From: Octopus vulgaris | Taxonomy: Eukaryota | NCBI GenBank assembly: GCA_951406725.2 | Contig: OX597821.1 | Span: 2,046,001 to 2,110,000 of the forward strand | DNA length: 64,000 nt | Direction of reading: 5' to 3' | Translations under genes and position numbers: made by a program | Part shown: positions 1 to 12,533 of the stretch, piece by piece | How the letters are laid out: each line of letters opens with the position of its first letter | Numbering within the stretch: the first letter of the stretch is position 1 | The notes under the pieces: generated by a model | Databases searched by the model: none | What the model was told of the DNA's origin: nothing | Seen by the model: only the letters and a program-made list of their open reading frames with translations

Positions 1-225
1 CTACACCACCTGTCTTCGTCTTTTGTATTTTTTTGTGAATTCTCCCCCCCATATATATATATAATCAACCGAAATTGCGAGGATAATCTGGTGCTTGACT
101 TTGGAACGAAAAATTTGAACAAGCCGTCCTTGTTTTCGTTGCGATGTTTTGTTTTCGTTGGATGTTAGTTGTCCCTTTTTGTATTACCTAGCTGTCCGGA
201 TGTTTTGCGTTCTTGTCCCAGTTTC

Positions 226-380
<155 letters not shown>

Positions 381-1103
381 TGCATGCATTTGTGCGTGTG
401 AGTGTATGATTGTATGTATGAGTATGTATATTATGCTTGTTTGTGCGTGCGCATTTGTATGAAAATACAAAAATCGAATCGTTGCTCATTGAGAACAGGC
501 ACCTCTGAATAAATGATCGAACTGATGCCAAATCCGATTCACGAAGGATTTTTATACAAGTGAATAAGTCACTAGTAATATCACTTGTAGAGGCTTAAAA
601 ACCGTTACTTTTTTAAACAACTCAATGTCGCGTGCTCTGGAATTCATAATGCCGGAGCGAAATTCGGTTTCCATGACTGAGATCATAAAACTTTCCCAGA
701 GCAGGATGCCTATCTTTGGAACACATATGCAGCTCAGGAGACTTGTCCAACATGAAATGAAGTGTTTTGTTCAAGAAACCGAAGTGCTGTCCACTCAGAG
801 AATCCAAACCACAAACTAACGATTGTGTATGCAAACACCCCAACCAATAGGCCACCCGCTTTCACGTTTTAAATTAACGAGTGCTATATTAGTGAATTCA
901 TCCAGAGCAAAAGTAATTATTGCTAATTAACAGTTTAACTCAATTAATCTCACAATCCTCGTAATGTGACCATTTTAATGACTGTGGATCGTTTTATTTA
1001 TAGATCAATATCCTACGTTTTATTTTATCCGTGAGAGTTGCAATTTGAACTATAGACACTTCATGAAGTTGTGGTTGTTTGAATATTAGGAAATAGCGAT
1101 GTT

Positions 1104-1515
1104 GCGCAGGAGTGGCTATGTGGTAAGTAGCTTGTTTACCAACCATATGGTTTAGGGTTCATTCCCACTGCGTGGCAATTGAGCAAGTGTCTTGTGCTAT
1201 AGCCTCGGGCAGACCAAAGCCTTGTGAGTGGTTTTGGTAGATGGAAACTGAAGGAAGCCCGTCGTACTTATGTATATATATGTATGTGTGTGTATATGTT
1301 TTTGTGTCTGTGTTTGTTTCCCCACTACACCATCGCTTGACAACCGATGCTGGTGTGTTTACGTCCCCGTAACTTAGCAGTTCGGCAAAAAAGACCGATA
1401 GAATAAGTACTAGCCTTACAAAGAATAAGTCCTGGGGTCGATTTGCTCGACTAAAAGCGGTGCTCCAGCATGGCCGCATTCAAATGACTGAAGCAAATAA
1501 AATAGTAAAGAGAGT
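1104..1515 (+). mobile_element. SINE family A (tRNA-type head, internal (TA)/(TG) tract, AAAGAGTA tail)
   Basis: GCGCAGGAGTGGCT..TGGTAAG (A-box-like), GGTTCA.TCCC (B-box-like), ...GCATGGCCGCA.TCAAATGACTGAA. At least 10 copies in the window. Confidence 0.9.
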
Positions 1516-2111
1516 ATGCTCGTTCATAAAACTAGCAATATTTGAACGAGTGTTGCGAAAATGAACATGGGAGCATATCTAAAGAAGCAACGCCAATCTC
1601 TTATTCAACGTAATCTTGACGTTTTCTAATATTCCAAAGGAATAAGACGAGGATTTTCTTGCATTTATGCTGCCTTCTGTTTGTTACTTTTCCTATGATC
1701 GGAAAGACTTCCTTTCTCGAATGTTTTTTCACTTTATCCTCCGTCAGCATTCTTATTTGCTAGCTTAAACTTTGTAATTGGCCTCATGTATCACGTTTAA
1801 TCTATTTTGGAGGCTATTTTTGATTGGTGCATATAACGCTTCGTTTTTAGAAATTGCACCTCTTAGCACTTGTGTTCATTTGGCTAATGCGTTCACTTCT
1901 GTAATATGTTCACCTGTGTTATTTGTTCACTAGTGTATTGTGTTCAATTGCGTAATGTGTTCACATGTATAACGTGTTCACCACTCACTTCCTTCTACTT
2001 ACGTATGAATTAGACGCTGCCAGCAGTTTAATTGCTAAACATAAGGACATATTTCCTGTGTCCTTATGTTTACAATGGGTAGATAAGCACCTCTACCCAG
2101 CTAAGCCAACA

Positions 2112-2154
2112 CCCAGAGACTAGTTTCTGAGTCATTGCCTGTCTTCAGTCTGAA
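2112..2154 (-). ncRNA. Minimal type I hammerhead ribozyme
   Basis: Minus strand: TTCAGA-CTGAAGA-caggcaatgactca-GAA-ACTAGT-C-TCTGGG. Core intact, palindromic stem III, GUC triplet, imperfect stem II. Confidence 0.7.
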
Positions 2155-3162
2155 GTAGCATGACACGTTCCATTGTGATTTCTGCTTCAAGACGGTGTTT
2201 CTAATGATAAGGTCCTGCTCGCAGCAGCAGTCCAAGCTCAGCATTAGAATCGCCCGCCAGTTAAAATAAGTTTTCCCTCTGGAGCACACTGTTATTTTCA
2301 GAGACTGTAGATAAAATTTATTAGGTTAAAAGGGTTTATCACAGTTGGAGCACACACACTAATGAAGACAGATTATCCATTCTCGTCGGGAAATTTCAAA
2401 GTAGCGAGAGCGTCTCTAATATCATTTTGATAAATAGCACAAATAATTAGAACGTATTCTTATTAGATCACAAGATTCGTATGCATTCAGCCTGCCAAAA
2501 AACGGAGCTGAGTATATCTATTCCAGAAATGTTTGCTTTGGTAATGTCTACCGCCGCAAATATTACTCAATCTCTAAAGCAAGGTATTATAGGAAGACAT
2601 GTTTCAGGATGAACACAGGAGATTTAAAGATCAGGAAACTCAAAACTGAAACTAGAATCTGCTTTATAATATAATTAATTTTGACTTGGTATCTAAATTT
2701 GCATGACTTCTTCTTCAAGCGTAGAAATAGAATAAGCTGTCATGTAAAACTTGCAGAAGGTATATATATATATATACGATTAGTGAGCTGGTTAGATAAA
2801 TAGACAGGCAGAGGGTAGACAGTCACAAATTAGAAGTACGGCCGGTTTGAATGTATATTATCTGATAAACAGAAACTAATCTCGACAGAACTCCTCACCT
2901 CATGTCAAAAACAAATTATATATAAATAGATATACATGGAAGAGGATGACTGTGGAAATGGGTTTGTATATAAGTGTATGAGTGTATTAGTAGGTGTATG
3001 TATATATATATACGGTGTATGTGCGAGAGAAAGAGAGTCTGAGTAAGCGTATGTGTATGGTATTTTGGGTTATGACATGATGTCTAAAACGAGCTATTTC
3101 ACGGGCACTTTCAGAGACCCCACCACATATACATACACATGCATATAGCACATACATGTTTG

Positions 3163-3235
<73 letters not shown>

Positions 3236-3272
3236 TTCTGGCTATATATATAATATAATATAATATAATATA

Positions 3273-3366
<94 letters not shown>

Positions 3367-3628
3367 CTATTGAATTTGTGTGTATATATGTGTGTGTGTA
3401 TGTGTGCGTGCGTATGTGTTTATGTGTACTTCATATACATAAGATATATATATATATATATATATGCGTATAAACACACGCACATATATGTATATAGTTG
3501 CTGCCAACAAATTGCAATTTGTTCCGTTAGCATTAAGGAACATTGCAGAGAATTCTGTCCAGCAACGAAATCAGTTGTCAGTCTTGATTAAAAGAGATGC
3601 TTTAATTTTACTAAATGAATGTCCGTAC

Positions 3629-4020
3629 TTTACTCTTTTACTCTTTTAATTGTTTTAGTTATTTGACTGCGGCCATGCTGGAGTACCGCTTTTAGTCGAG
3701 CAAATCGACCTCAGGACTTATTCTTTGTAAGCCTAGTATTTATTCTATCGGTCTATTTTACGGGGACGTAAACACACCAGCATCGGTTGTCAAGCGATGG
3801 TGGGGGACAAACACAGACACACAAACATGCACACAAACATACACATATGTTATATACATATATACGACAGACTTCTTTCAATTTCCGTCTACCAAATCCC
3901 CTCACAAGGCTTTGATCGGCCTGAGGCTATTGTAGAAAACACTTGCCCAAGGTGCCACGCAGTGGGAATGAACCCGGAACCATGTGGTTGGTAAGCAAGC
4001 TACTTAGCACACAGCCACCC
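3629..4020 (-). mobile_element. SINE family A
   Basis: Reverse complement of 1104-1515. Confidence 0.9.
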
Positions 4021-4081
4021 CATTTGACTAAAATATATACATATACATACATATATTCACACACATACACGTATCTATCTA

Positions 4082-4116
<35 letters not shown>

Positions 4117-4187
4117 GTCTCTCTCTCTCTACATATATATATATATATAAATGTGTATTTGCTAGTTGTGTTTAATAAAACAGCTCA

Positions 4188-4430
4188 TTAATAAATCATT
4201 CCCTCATTTGAAATAGTGACCCCGCGAGATAATACACCGAACCCAGCATTCCTGCACGCTTGGAGGCCGGCCTGGAAGTCATCTTCCGTAAGCGAACCGT
4301 TCACCTTCTGCGATTTGCTCCGAATCTCGACAATGGTGTTCAAACGGCGAAGTGGTGATAAATCTGAGAAACAGAATGGGTGCGGAAGCGTTACCATGTT
4401 GTTTTGGGTGAGAAACTGACGACTGAGTTT
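4188..4430 (-). mobile_element. Mariner transposase C-terminal remnant
   Basis: RQFLTQNNMVTLPHP...RRLNTIVEIRSKSQKVNGSLTEDDFQAGL, and an eroded GDYFEG-like end near 4205-4220. Confidence 0.7.
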
Positions 4431-4569
4431 TGCAATATGAAAAATAGCTTGTGACTGTACGGTGAGTTACCCGCTCTATGGACAAATATTGCCAGTCCCT
4501 ACTTTTACTTACATATTGATTATTAGATGGCAATATATATTGTGTAATATATATATGTATATATATGCA

Positions 4570-5682
4570 GGTTTATATAGGGATGACGGCCTTATAGCCA
4601 CGCATAATCTAAACGGCCATGAATCAGATAGACTTAGGAAGGACCTTATAGCTTTCTTTCAAAGGATGGGCTTACGGGTTACGATAGATGCTAACCTGAA
4701 TAGTGTAGATTTTTTAGACGTAAATTTTAATGTAAGATCGGATAGATTTAAACCTTTCCGTAAGCCCAATGAAAAGCTATCGTATATTAGCAAAGATTCG
4801 AACCATCCACCAGTTATCCTTAGCAACTTAGTCAGCAATGTAGGTAGAAGAATATCTTCAATTTCTTCGGACGAGGCAGCATTCCATAATGCTGCACCTT
4901 ATTACGATAGCGCATTAAAGAATAGTGGATTCTCGGAGAAGATCCAGTTCAACCAGCTTAATGCTGATAATAATGCTGAACGAAGAACTAGGACCAGGAA
5001 AGTTTTGTGGTTCAACCCGGCTTTCAATTTGGCCGTAAAGACTAATATAGGTAAGGAATTTTTGAGATTAGTCTCTAAACATTTTAAGCAGGGTCATAAA
5101 TTCTACAGAATATTTAATAGAAGAACCCTGAAGGTTAGCTATTCTTGTTGCAGAAATTTCGCCTCTTACATTAGCCAACATAATAGGAAGCTAATTGAGA
5201 TTAGACATGGTGCCGAGCCCATTAAGAAATGTAATTTCAAAAACGAAAGCTCCTGTCCGTTAGAAGGTAAATGTCTAGTGAAAGGAGTAGTTTATAGAGC
5301 CAAGGTGCAAGTGGAAGGCTCATCGGAATACAAGACATACACAGGGGCTTCAGAAAATTCATTTAAAACAAGATTTTATTCTCATAAAAATTCATTTAAA
5401 TACCCAGAGAATAGGAAGAAAACCAGCCTAGCAAAATATGTCTGGGAACTAAAAGAAAAGGAAGCCCCACCTTTCAACGTGACATGGAGCATTCTGGACA
5501 GGGCGGCACCATACAGGCATGGAGCTTACAAAAATAATTTCAAGTGCAGACTTTGTCTATTAGAAAAAATGTACATCTTATTCAAAGACAATAATTCTTT
5601 GAATCAAAGAAGTGAGTTAATGAACTTATGTAGGCACGCGGCTAAATTTAAAATGTCGAATATAAATATACCATATGGATAG
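4570..5682 (+). CDS. 5'-truncated Penelope-like element ORF: RT palm/thumb, Cys-rich linker and C-terminal GIY-YIG endonuclease (possibly Naiad-like)
   Basis: GLYRDDGL (RT YxDD motif), VDFLDVNF, KPNEKLSYISKDSNHPP, WFNPAF, SYSC, CNFKNESSCPLEGKC linker, GVVY...YTG...FKTRFYSH (GIY-YIG), CRLCLLEK. Stop TAG at 5680-5682. The ORF-track start at 4462 reads through flanking DNA and (TA)n and is not the real N-terminus. Confidence 0.93.
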   Translation, partial: GLYRDDGLIATHNLNGHESDRLRKDLIAFFQRMGLRVTIDANLNSVDFLDVNFNVRSDRFKPFRKPNEKLSYISKDSNHPPVILSNLVSNVGRRISSISSDEAAFHNAAPYYDSALKNSGFSEKIQFNQLNADNNAERRTRTRKVLWFNPAFNLAVKTNIGKEFLRLVSKHFKQGHKFYRIFNRRTLKVSYSCCRNFASYISQHNRKLIEIRHGAEPIKKCNFKNESSCPLEGKCLVKGVVYRAKVQVEGSSEYKTYTGASENSFKTRFYSHKNSFKYPENRKKTSLAKYVWELKEKEAPPFNVTWSILDRAAPYRHGAYKNNFKCRLCLLEKMYILFKDNNSLNQRSELMNLCRHAAKFKMSNINIPYG

Positions 5683-6752
5683 AGTATATATTTTGTATTT
5701 TTTGATTTTTGATTTTGATTTTGACTCTTGAGCGCTACGATGGATTTTGATTTTGATTCTGTTTTGGTTTCCAAGCTATGCGGATCTTAATCCGTATAGC
5801 AAAGTCTTATGTTTCTACATATATATTAGGAAAAACCTACAAACTTTGTTTTCATGTTATTGTATTGCATAGGATTACCTTGATTATTTATATTACCTTG
5901 ATTATTTATAAATGACCCAAAATAGGATGTTATATTTTATTTTATATGTCTTTCGTATATATTTTTATTAATGCACCCATTTTTAAAAGCAATGTTTTTT
6001 AAAAAAAGCAATGTTGTCAAAATTAGAATGTTTATATAAGTATGTGTATAGCAAAGCATATGTATTTGTAAGCATGCGTATCTGTGTATGTGTAAGTGAA
6101 AGTATGTTTGTGCTTAAGCACACATATACACGACGGTATGTATATGTATCCATTCAAACTTGTGTATGTATACTGGTCTCTATAGATGCCAATAACACAG
6201 TTACACTGCTTGTATACAAAATTTTTTTTCTTATTTCGTTTTTTTCCCCACCCCTCCTTCGTTCCTTTTTCTCTCTCTCCCTTTCTTTCGTTCCCCCTCC
6301 TTGCCCAGTATATGAGAATTGCTACATAGATGAATTTTAGCTTGCGTGCGAGACGGTTTGCGTGAATATATGTACACATGCTTTTATGTGTATATTTAGA
6401 TTTATATTCATACGTCTGTATATGTATGTATGGCGTTTACGCGCATCCTTTTGTGTATGTTGATATATATATGTAGATTTTAATATAAATATGTATTGCA
6501 GTATTTATAACAGGTTTAATTTCTATGCATTAATTTGCACTGTCTTCATTAACGTCAATAGGTTTTTTCCTCGGATTTTATAATTTTTATAAGTTTTTTA
6601 TATATATATACATATATTTTTGACCTTTTTGTTTATCGCTCGAAGATTGACCGTTTTTTCTAAAGGGCCAATCAAACAAGTCCATTTCTTTTTAAAGGTG
6701 TAGCGTTTGTAAGAGTATAGATTGAATTGATATATCAGTTCCATTCTAGCAA

Positions 6753-6799
6753 AAAACAGTCTGATGAACGGCAACGAGAAACTCAGAGTAACAGATTTT
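6753..6799 (+). ncRNA. Minimal type I hammerhead ribozyme in PLE 3' UTR (partly decayed stems)
   Basis: aaaacagt-CTGATGA-acg gcaa cga-GAA-ACTCAGAGT-A-acagatttt. Homologous to the 38319 copy, which has perfect stems. Confidence 0.75.
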
Positions 6800-6827
6800 G
6801 TTGAATTTTCTGCTGCTTAAAATAAAG

Positions 6828-6868
<41 letters not shown>

Positions 6869-7080
6869 CAATAATAAACCTCTGAACGAGGTATAAACAG
6901 TAACTGCACGACAATGTGAGGTATACTTGCCATCTCAATATGGCTATCTACTAAAGGTGGGTGTTACTGTAGCTTGTAGCCCCAGGAGAACATCATCTCC
7001 AGCTGGCTTTAGGCACACTTTCTGTGCCCTTATGGTATTTGCAAAGGGAGGTCACCCTTCCATCGTCAACCTCAGTGATA

Positions 7081-7125
7081 CGCACGGACTGCAGTTTCTA
7101 GGTTTTGACCTGTCATCAGCGTACG
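7081..7125 (-). ncRNA. Minimal type I hammerhead ribozyme
   Basis: Minus strand: CGTACG-CTGATGA-c AGGT caaa ACCT a-GAA-ACTGCAGT-C-CGTGCG. GUC triplet. Stem I is extended by flanking complementary segments at ~7055-7080 and ~7128-7150. Confidence 0.8.
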
Positions 7126-7171
7126 ACAATCACCGGTTTTCGATGAAGGGAGGTCCCAATGCAAATTCTTA

Positions 7172-7644
7172 TGCTTTACCATATACCGAAGTTTAGAAAT
7201 AGCAGCCAAAAACCTTAGCTAATTCTTCTACTTTAATTAGGGACTCCCAGAGAAACCAAAATACTTGAAAACAATTCACACAGGCAGAGAGGAAAAGTAA
7301 ATGAACCCCATTTTGAATTCGGCGGTACTAACACTGAATATGACCTGTCTGATACCGTTAGGTGGAGAGATATGTTCAATTATTCCAGTACCTTCGAATT
7401 TAATATTTCAATATTTAATTATTGAGGAATGCCATGCTGATGAAGAAAATGGTTGGTAAAGTATAATTCTATATTCTTTAAACCGATCTACTTCCGGAAC
7501 GCGCGTCCATGGATGACCAGATATTGATTGATTTGTGTGGATTGTTTTCAAGTATTTTGGTTTCTCTGGGAGTCCCTTTTTAAAGTAGAAGAAATAGCTA
7601 AGGTTTTTGGCTGCTATTTCTAAACTTCGGTATGTGGTTAAGCA
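7172..7644. mobile_element. Fold-back PLE-like non-coding element: ~110-bp inverted arms enclosing an HHR
   Basis: 7172-7282 is the reverse complement of 7534-7644 with few mismatches. Followed by (TA)n at 7671-7736. Confidence 0.75.
7432..7512 (+). ncRNA. Hammerhead ribozyme with long stem II and a GAAA>GGAA core mutation
   Basis: CCATG-CTGATGA-(~52 nt, imperfect hairpin)-GGA-ACGCGCGT-C-CATGG. Perfect 5-bp stem I and palindromic stem III. Confidence 0.65.
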
Positions 7645-7667
7645 AATATTTCCTGAACGCTAATTAT

Positions 7668-7737
<70 letters not shown>

Positions 7738-7739
<2 letters not shown>

Positions 7740-8020
7740 GCCCATTAGTTAGGGAACGGACTCGCGGTCGGAGGATAGCGGTTTCGATTTCCACACCAGG
7801 CGTTGTGTGTGTTTATTGAGCGAAAACACCTAAAAGTTCCACAAGGCTCCGGCAGGGGGTTGTGGCGATCCCTGTTGTACTCTTTCGCCCGAACTTTCTT
7901 TCACTCTTTCTTCCTGTTTCTTGAGTAACGCTGCGATGGACTGGCGTCCCGTCCAGCTGGGGAGAACACATACGCCACAGAAACCGTGAGGTTGGCTAGG
8001 CTTGAAAGAGGCGCATAAAT
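7738..8020 (+). mobile_element. SINE family B2 (B head, different 3' module)
   Basis: Same head as 15825, then GCGATGGACTGGCGTCCCGTCCAGCTGGGG. Confidence 0.8.
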
Positions 8021-8077
8021 AAAAATATATAAAAAATATTAATATACGCATATAATATGTATATATATCTTTGTGTC

Positions 8078-8610
8078 GTAAAGAATCCAATTATTTGCGC
8101 TGCACAGATTCGGTCGCTTTTGCTGAAACTCCTCGCTCAAACGCTTCAAAATATTGCTTGACGGACTGGACCATGGATACGGATTCACAATGCAGAATAC
8201 CACAGATGTCAAACAAAACAAAAAGCTATGACTGGGGTCTTGTTTGATCCTCGGCTCTGACGCGCCCTTTGAAGCGTCCGTGCCACTCTAAATACTATGT
8301 ACAACTCATTGCTTCGTCACCGTAAGCTTGATGAAATATGTTCAATGTCTCGGTATGAGATTCCTCAAGTTCAACGCAAAATTTAACGTTGGCTCTTTGT
8401 TCCAACTTCTTGCCCATGACAAAAATGGCAAACTACAGCTTACATGTGATCACAAAAACACATATTTCACAACTTGAGAAGTAAACACAAGGATGTCACT
8501 CGGCACATTGTCTCATGCATATAACGACTCTCTCTCCATGCGTATGCAACCATGTGCTGCCATCTGTTGGTGTGCTACAAAACTACTTCCTGAACTAATT
8601 GATACCACAT
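8078..8610 (-). mobile_element. Internally deleted mariner element (5' TIR remnant, N-terminus and part of the catalytic domain)
   Basis: LEQRANVKFCVELEESHTETLNIFHQAYGDEAMS (~8305-8410) and ILKRLSEEFQQKRPNLCSANNWIL (~8085-8155). TIR-like GTGGTATCAATTAGTTCAGGAAG on the minus strand at ~8586-8608. Confidence 0.75.
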
Positions 8611-9240
8611 GCATATGCATGTTTCTATGTGTATATGTGTGTATGTATGTATGTATGTATGTATGCATATCATTATTCAGTTTATTTCAAGATTTCTTGC
8701 CAATAGAGGAAGAACTCGTTTCTAACCTAGATCCAATTTTCCTTCATTGGAATTTCCATACCAACAACATGGTACGTATGTATGTATGTATGTATGTATG
8801 CATACATGTATGTATGTATGCATGCATGTATGTATGTATTTAAGCTTTATGCCAATTGGTTGTTCATTTCACATCCTTTGCGCAAGAGAAAATATTCTTG
8901 GCAAGAATGTAATTTTCTCCTTTAGTGAAATAAAAGGAACGAAAAATTGAATATCTTTATGCTGTTACGTATAAAAGTTTCCCTTGTTTTCCTTACGTTG
9001 GAATTATACAATCCTTCATATACGTATACATCTGTTTTTTCGATGTGTTTGGCTATCTTCAATAAGCAATAAAAATATGACAGTAGTATATATTTAATAC
9101 ATCACATTATATTATACCACATGGAATCATTTAATTTACAAGAAGTAGAGAGATAGCGAAAGTATATATAATAAATACATTTCAATATGAAGACATTGTT
9201 CCTCATAATGTATATAATGTGAGAGAAGAGCAACAGAGGC

Positions 9241-9295
<55 letters not shown>

Positions 9296-9722
9296 CTGAG
9301 ATGAAAAATACGTACAGGATGAAATATTTTTCAAGACCTTCCTAATTAATTTTCTTTATTTTGCAAATAACTACAAGCATTTTATTCCAAATATTTCCAG
9401 TGCGTTTGTATACATTGGTATTACACACTTGTGCGAGAAGCGTTCTAAACATCCCAAACGCTCTCGACCTAAGCCATGCAAAACGAAGGTTCAGACCAGA
9501 ATAATTCGTAGCATTATAAGCGTTTCCATACCAAGGGAGAGAATCCGTTTCTTTCTTCAATGACATGAGAGGAAGAAAATGGCTGATATCTTTATGCATT
9601 TATTTAACATAATAAAGCTTCCTGTATTTTCTCTTTCGGTTCAACTACAACGTCATATATATTCCTATAAAGCTATTATTTCGTTGGGGCTGTTATTTAT
9701 AGTTTTTCTGACATCCTATTTT

Positions 9723-9765
<43 letters not shown>

Positions 9766-11124
9766 TCATAGCTATAAATGGCAATATATATTTCTCTATG
9801 CTCGAAACAAATCACTTATTTTCTGTTATTATGTTGAAATTAATCATTTATAGAACCATAGTTGCCAACCATTATATATTTAATGTTATATGTTCTATGC
9901 ATTAAATAAAATCAGTTGTAGAAGCGATAGCATAAAGCGTTTATCAAAATTTCGAGTAATCGAAATATATTTAGATTATACTTTGGCGTAGAGTATTTTC
10001 TCGTTATATATATATACAAAATGGGACAAGATTGCTCCAATCTGGCCAGCCCCAAGGAAAAACTAAGCTAAAAGCATTGGATTTCTTGCAAGAATACAGC
10101 GAATGTATACAAAAACAAGGACGGAAAGAAAACGGACAATGTTACACAAATACAATAAAAATAATAACAGGGCATAACAACAGGTGTCTTTCGACTAAGG
10201 ACGAATTAAATTAAGCTTGCGTGTGTGCAAATGAAGCCTTACAGCAGGGATAGAAGATTTCACAGGCACAGGGAAGAATATCGATGTTGCACGGACAACG
10301 GCCAGACCAAGAAAGAAAGCCGATCACGTAGGAAGAGAAGAGAGAGAGAGGCAGAGGGACAGAAGAATAAAAGAGGGGCAAGAAAAATGACAGGGGCACA
10401 GTAAAGTGAAAAGTGGAGGGAAGTGAACAAGACAAGAAATGTGAGAGAGGGGGAACGAAAGAACGAAGAATAGAATGAACGAATAAGCGTGAAAGTGCTA
10501 CACATACATATATACATATATATCTGTGTATATAGATATATATTCATATATACACATATCTTTATACACACACACTTGTACATATATTTTATGAAGTAAA
10601 CCAATAATTCATCACTAAATGCAGCTGAAACACCTGTTGTGAAAGTTGAACTCCATTTCTATTCTTTTATACAAACGCCACAATTAGAAACATCCCGAGG
10701 TTGGATCAACAGTTTTATATTGAATCAGGTATCTACATATATATACAAGCGTGTCTATGTGGCTAATCAAACTGTTATTAGATATATGATGTAACTTCTA
10801 GCAAATGTGTTGCGTGTCACTTATTTAGGTTTGTCTACTCCCTCACGCACGCACGCACGCACACGCACGCACGCACACACACGCACGCACATGGTCGTAT
10901 ATACTTGCGCGCATACACACACACGCACACACACACAAGCATGGAGACGCATACGTATATTTGTATACACTCACATTGATGTACATATTTTCACAAAGCT
11001 CGCAGTCAATGTTACATCTGCTTTAAATTGAACCCCCGCAACGCTGAAACCCGGTACCGTACGTTAGCATGCGAGTCCTTTACAGTACTTTCACGAGTAT
11101 TATATTTTCCTTGTGAACAATAAC

Positions 11125-11174
<50 letters not shown>

Positions 11175-11605
11175 CATAGACAGAGAGAAGAGAGAAGTTA
11201 GTTGCACGTCCAAGTGATGTTACTATTGTTTTTGAAATAGAAAGCTGAAACATTGATTTGATGTTGCAAAGTTTTTGAGCCAAAATCAATGACGGATATG
11301 TATTCCTTGTGGTAGTAAGAAATATCAATACATAATAAACACATCAAACTATAAAAGGCACGAATTTTATTATATTTATTTACTTACATTTTATTTTCTT
11401 GTTTAGAAAAAGGGGTAAAACAATAAGAATATCAAATGATACTACAGAAAGAAAGTCGAAAGAGATACAGAGACAAAAATATAAAAAAGATTTTATAAAA
11501 ATGCTTAGCAATGGAAACAACAAACAAATGTTAAATGGAGTCGTAAAGAATGAGAATAATTTCTTTATTGCTGGCTCACTGTCGTTTATGAATATGTGTG
11601 CATGG

Positions 11606-11641
<36 letters not shown>

Positions 11642-12369
11642 TTATATATATATGTATACATATACACACAAATATTCACACGTGCCCCTGCGCTCACACA
11701 CATGTATATACACACACACACACATATGGTGTTATCTATGTGCCTTTACATCTGTATATGTCAAGGAGAAGCTTAAGCGTACATACACACACACACACAC
11801 TAAATATATATCTATCTATCTATATATATATATACATATATATACATATATATATATACATATACATATGTATATGTATATACATATCCATGTTTTTTGA
11901 GCGGTTCTTGTGTGTTTATATGAAGTAACAAAGGAGAGGGAAGTATTCCATTTATCAATTTTTATTGATCAATTTTCTAAAGTTTACCTCTCGTCGGCAG
12001 CTTGTCTTGATTCATTTAACGTTAAATTCCCTGAAGTCTTTTTTTACCACTTATCATAAACGTTTGTACCAGTCCTAACAGCACTTCATGTGTCTTTCCT
12101 TTCATTCTTACTTCCCTTTATTTTACCTCTTTTATATATTTTATCTTCGTTCAATGAGTCTTTCATTTTCCTTTATATCTTTTTCCCCACCTCTTCACTC
12201 TATTTTTGCCTTGTCTTTCTATCATTTTAAATTCTCCAAATAGTTAATTTCCTGAGATTTTTATCACTTCTCGTCACCTAGTTTGCTGACGAAGACGAAT
12301 AAACAATTCTGCTCCACCATTTCACTTCTCGTTCATATTAACAGAGTGTCTGTGTAATACATATACATA

Positions 12370-12402
<33 letters not shown>

Positions 12403-12487
12403 TCACGCACACACACAAACACGCAAACACACACACACACACATATATATTTAAATGTATATACATATATAATTATACACACACACT

Positions 12488-12533
<46 letters not shown>

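Larger units (their letters stand above)
4567..6830 (+). mobile_element. Penelope-like retroelement, 5'-truncated, with ~1.1 kb 3' UTR ending in an HHR-bearing pLTR-like tail; bounded by TA-rich runs
   Basis: ORF above. TA-rich run at ~4547-4566 and (TA)n at ~6828-6867. HHR motif at 6753-6799. 11-bp hairpin GCTATGCGGAT/ATCCGTATAGC at 5775-5800. Confidence 0.75.

Noticed and set aside
4462-4569. N-terminal ~35 codons of the 406-aa ORF
   Set aside because: Reads through flanking DNA and a TA run. PLE homology begins only at GLYRDD.
5683-6750. SECIS element or selenocysteine recoding in the PLE
   Set aside because: No in-frame TGA in the retained ORF and no convincing SECIS fold seen by eye.
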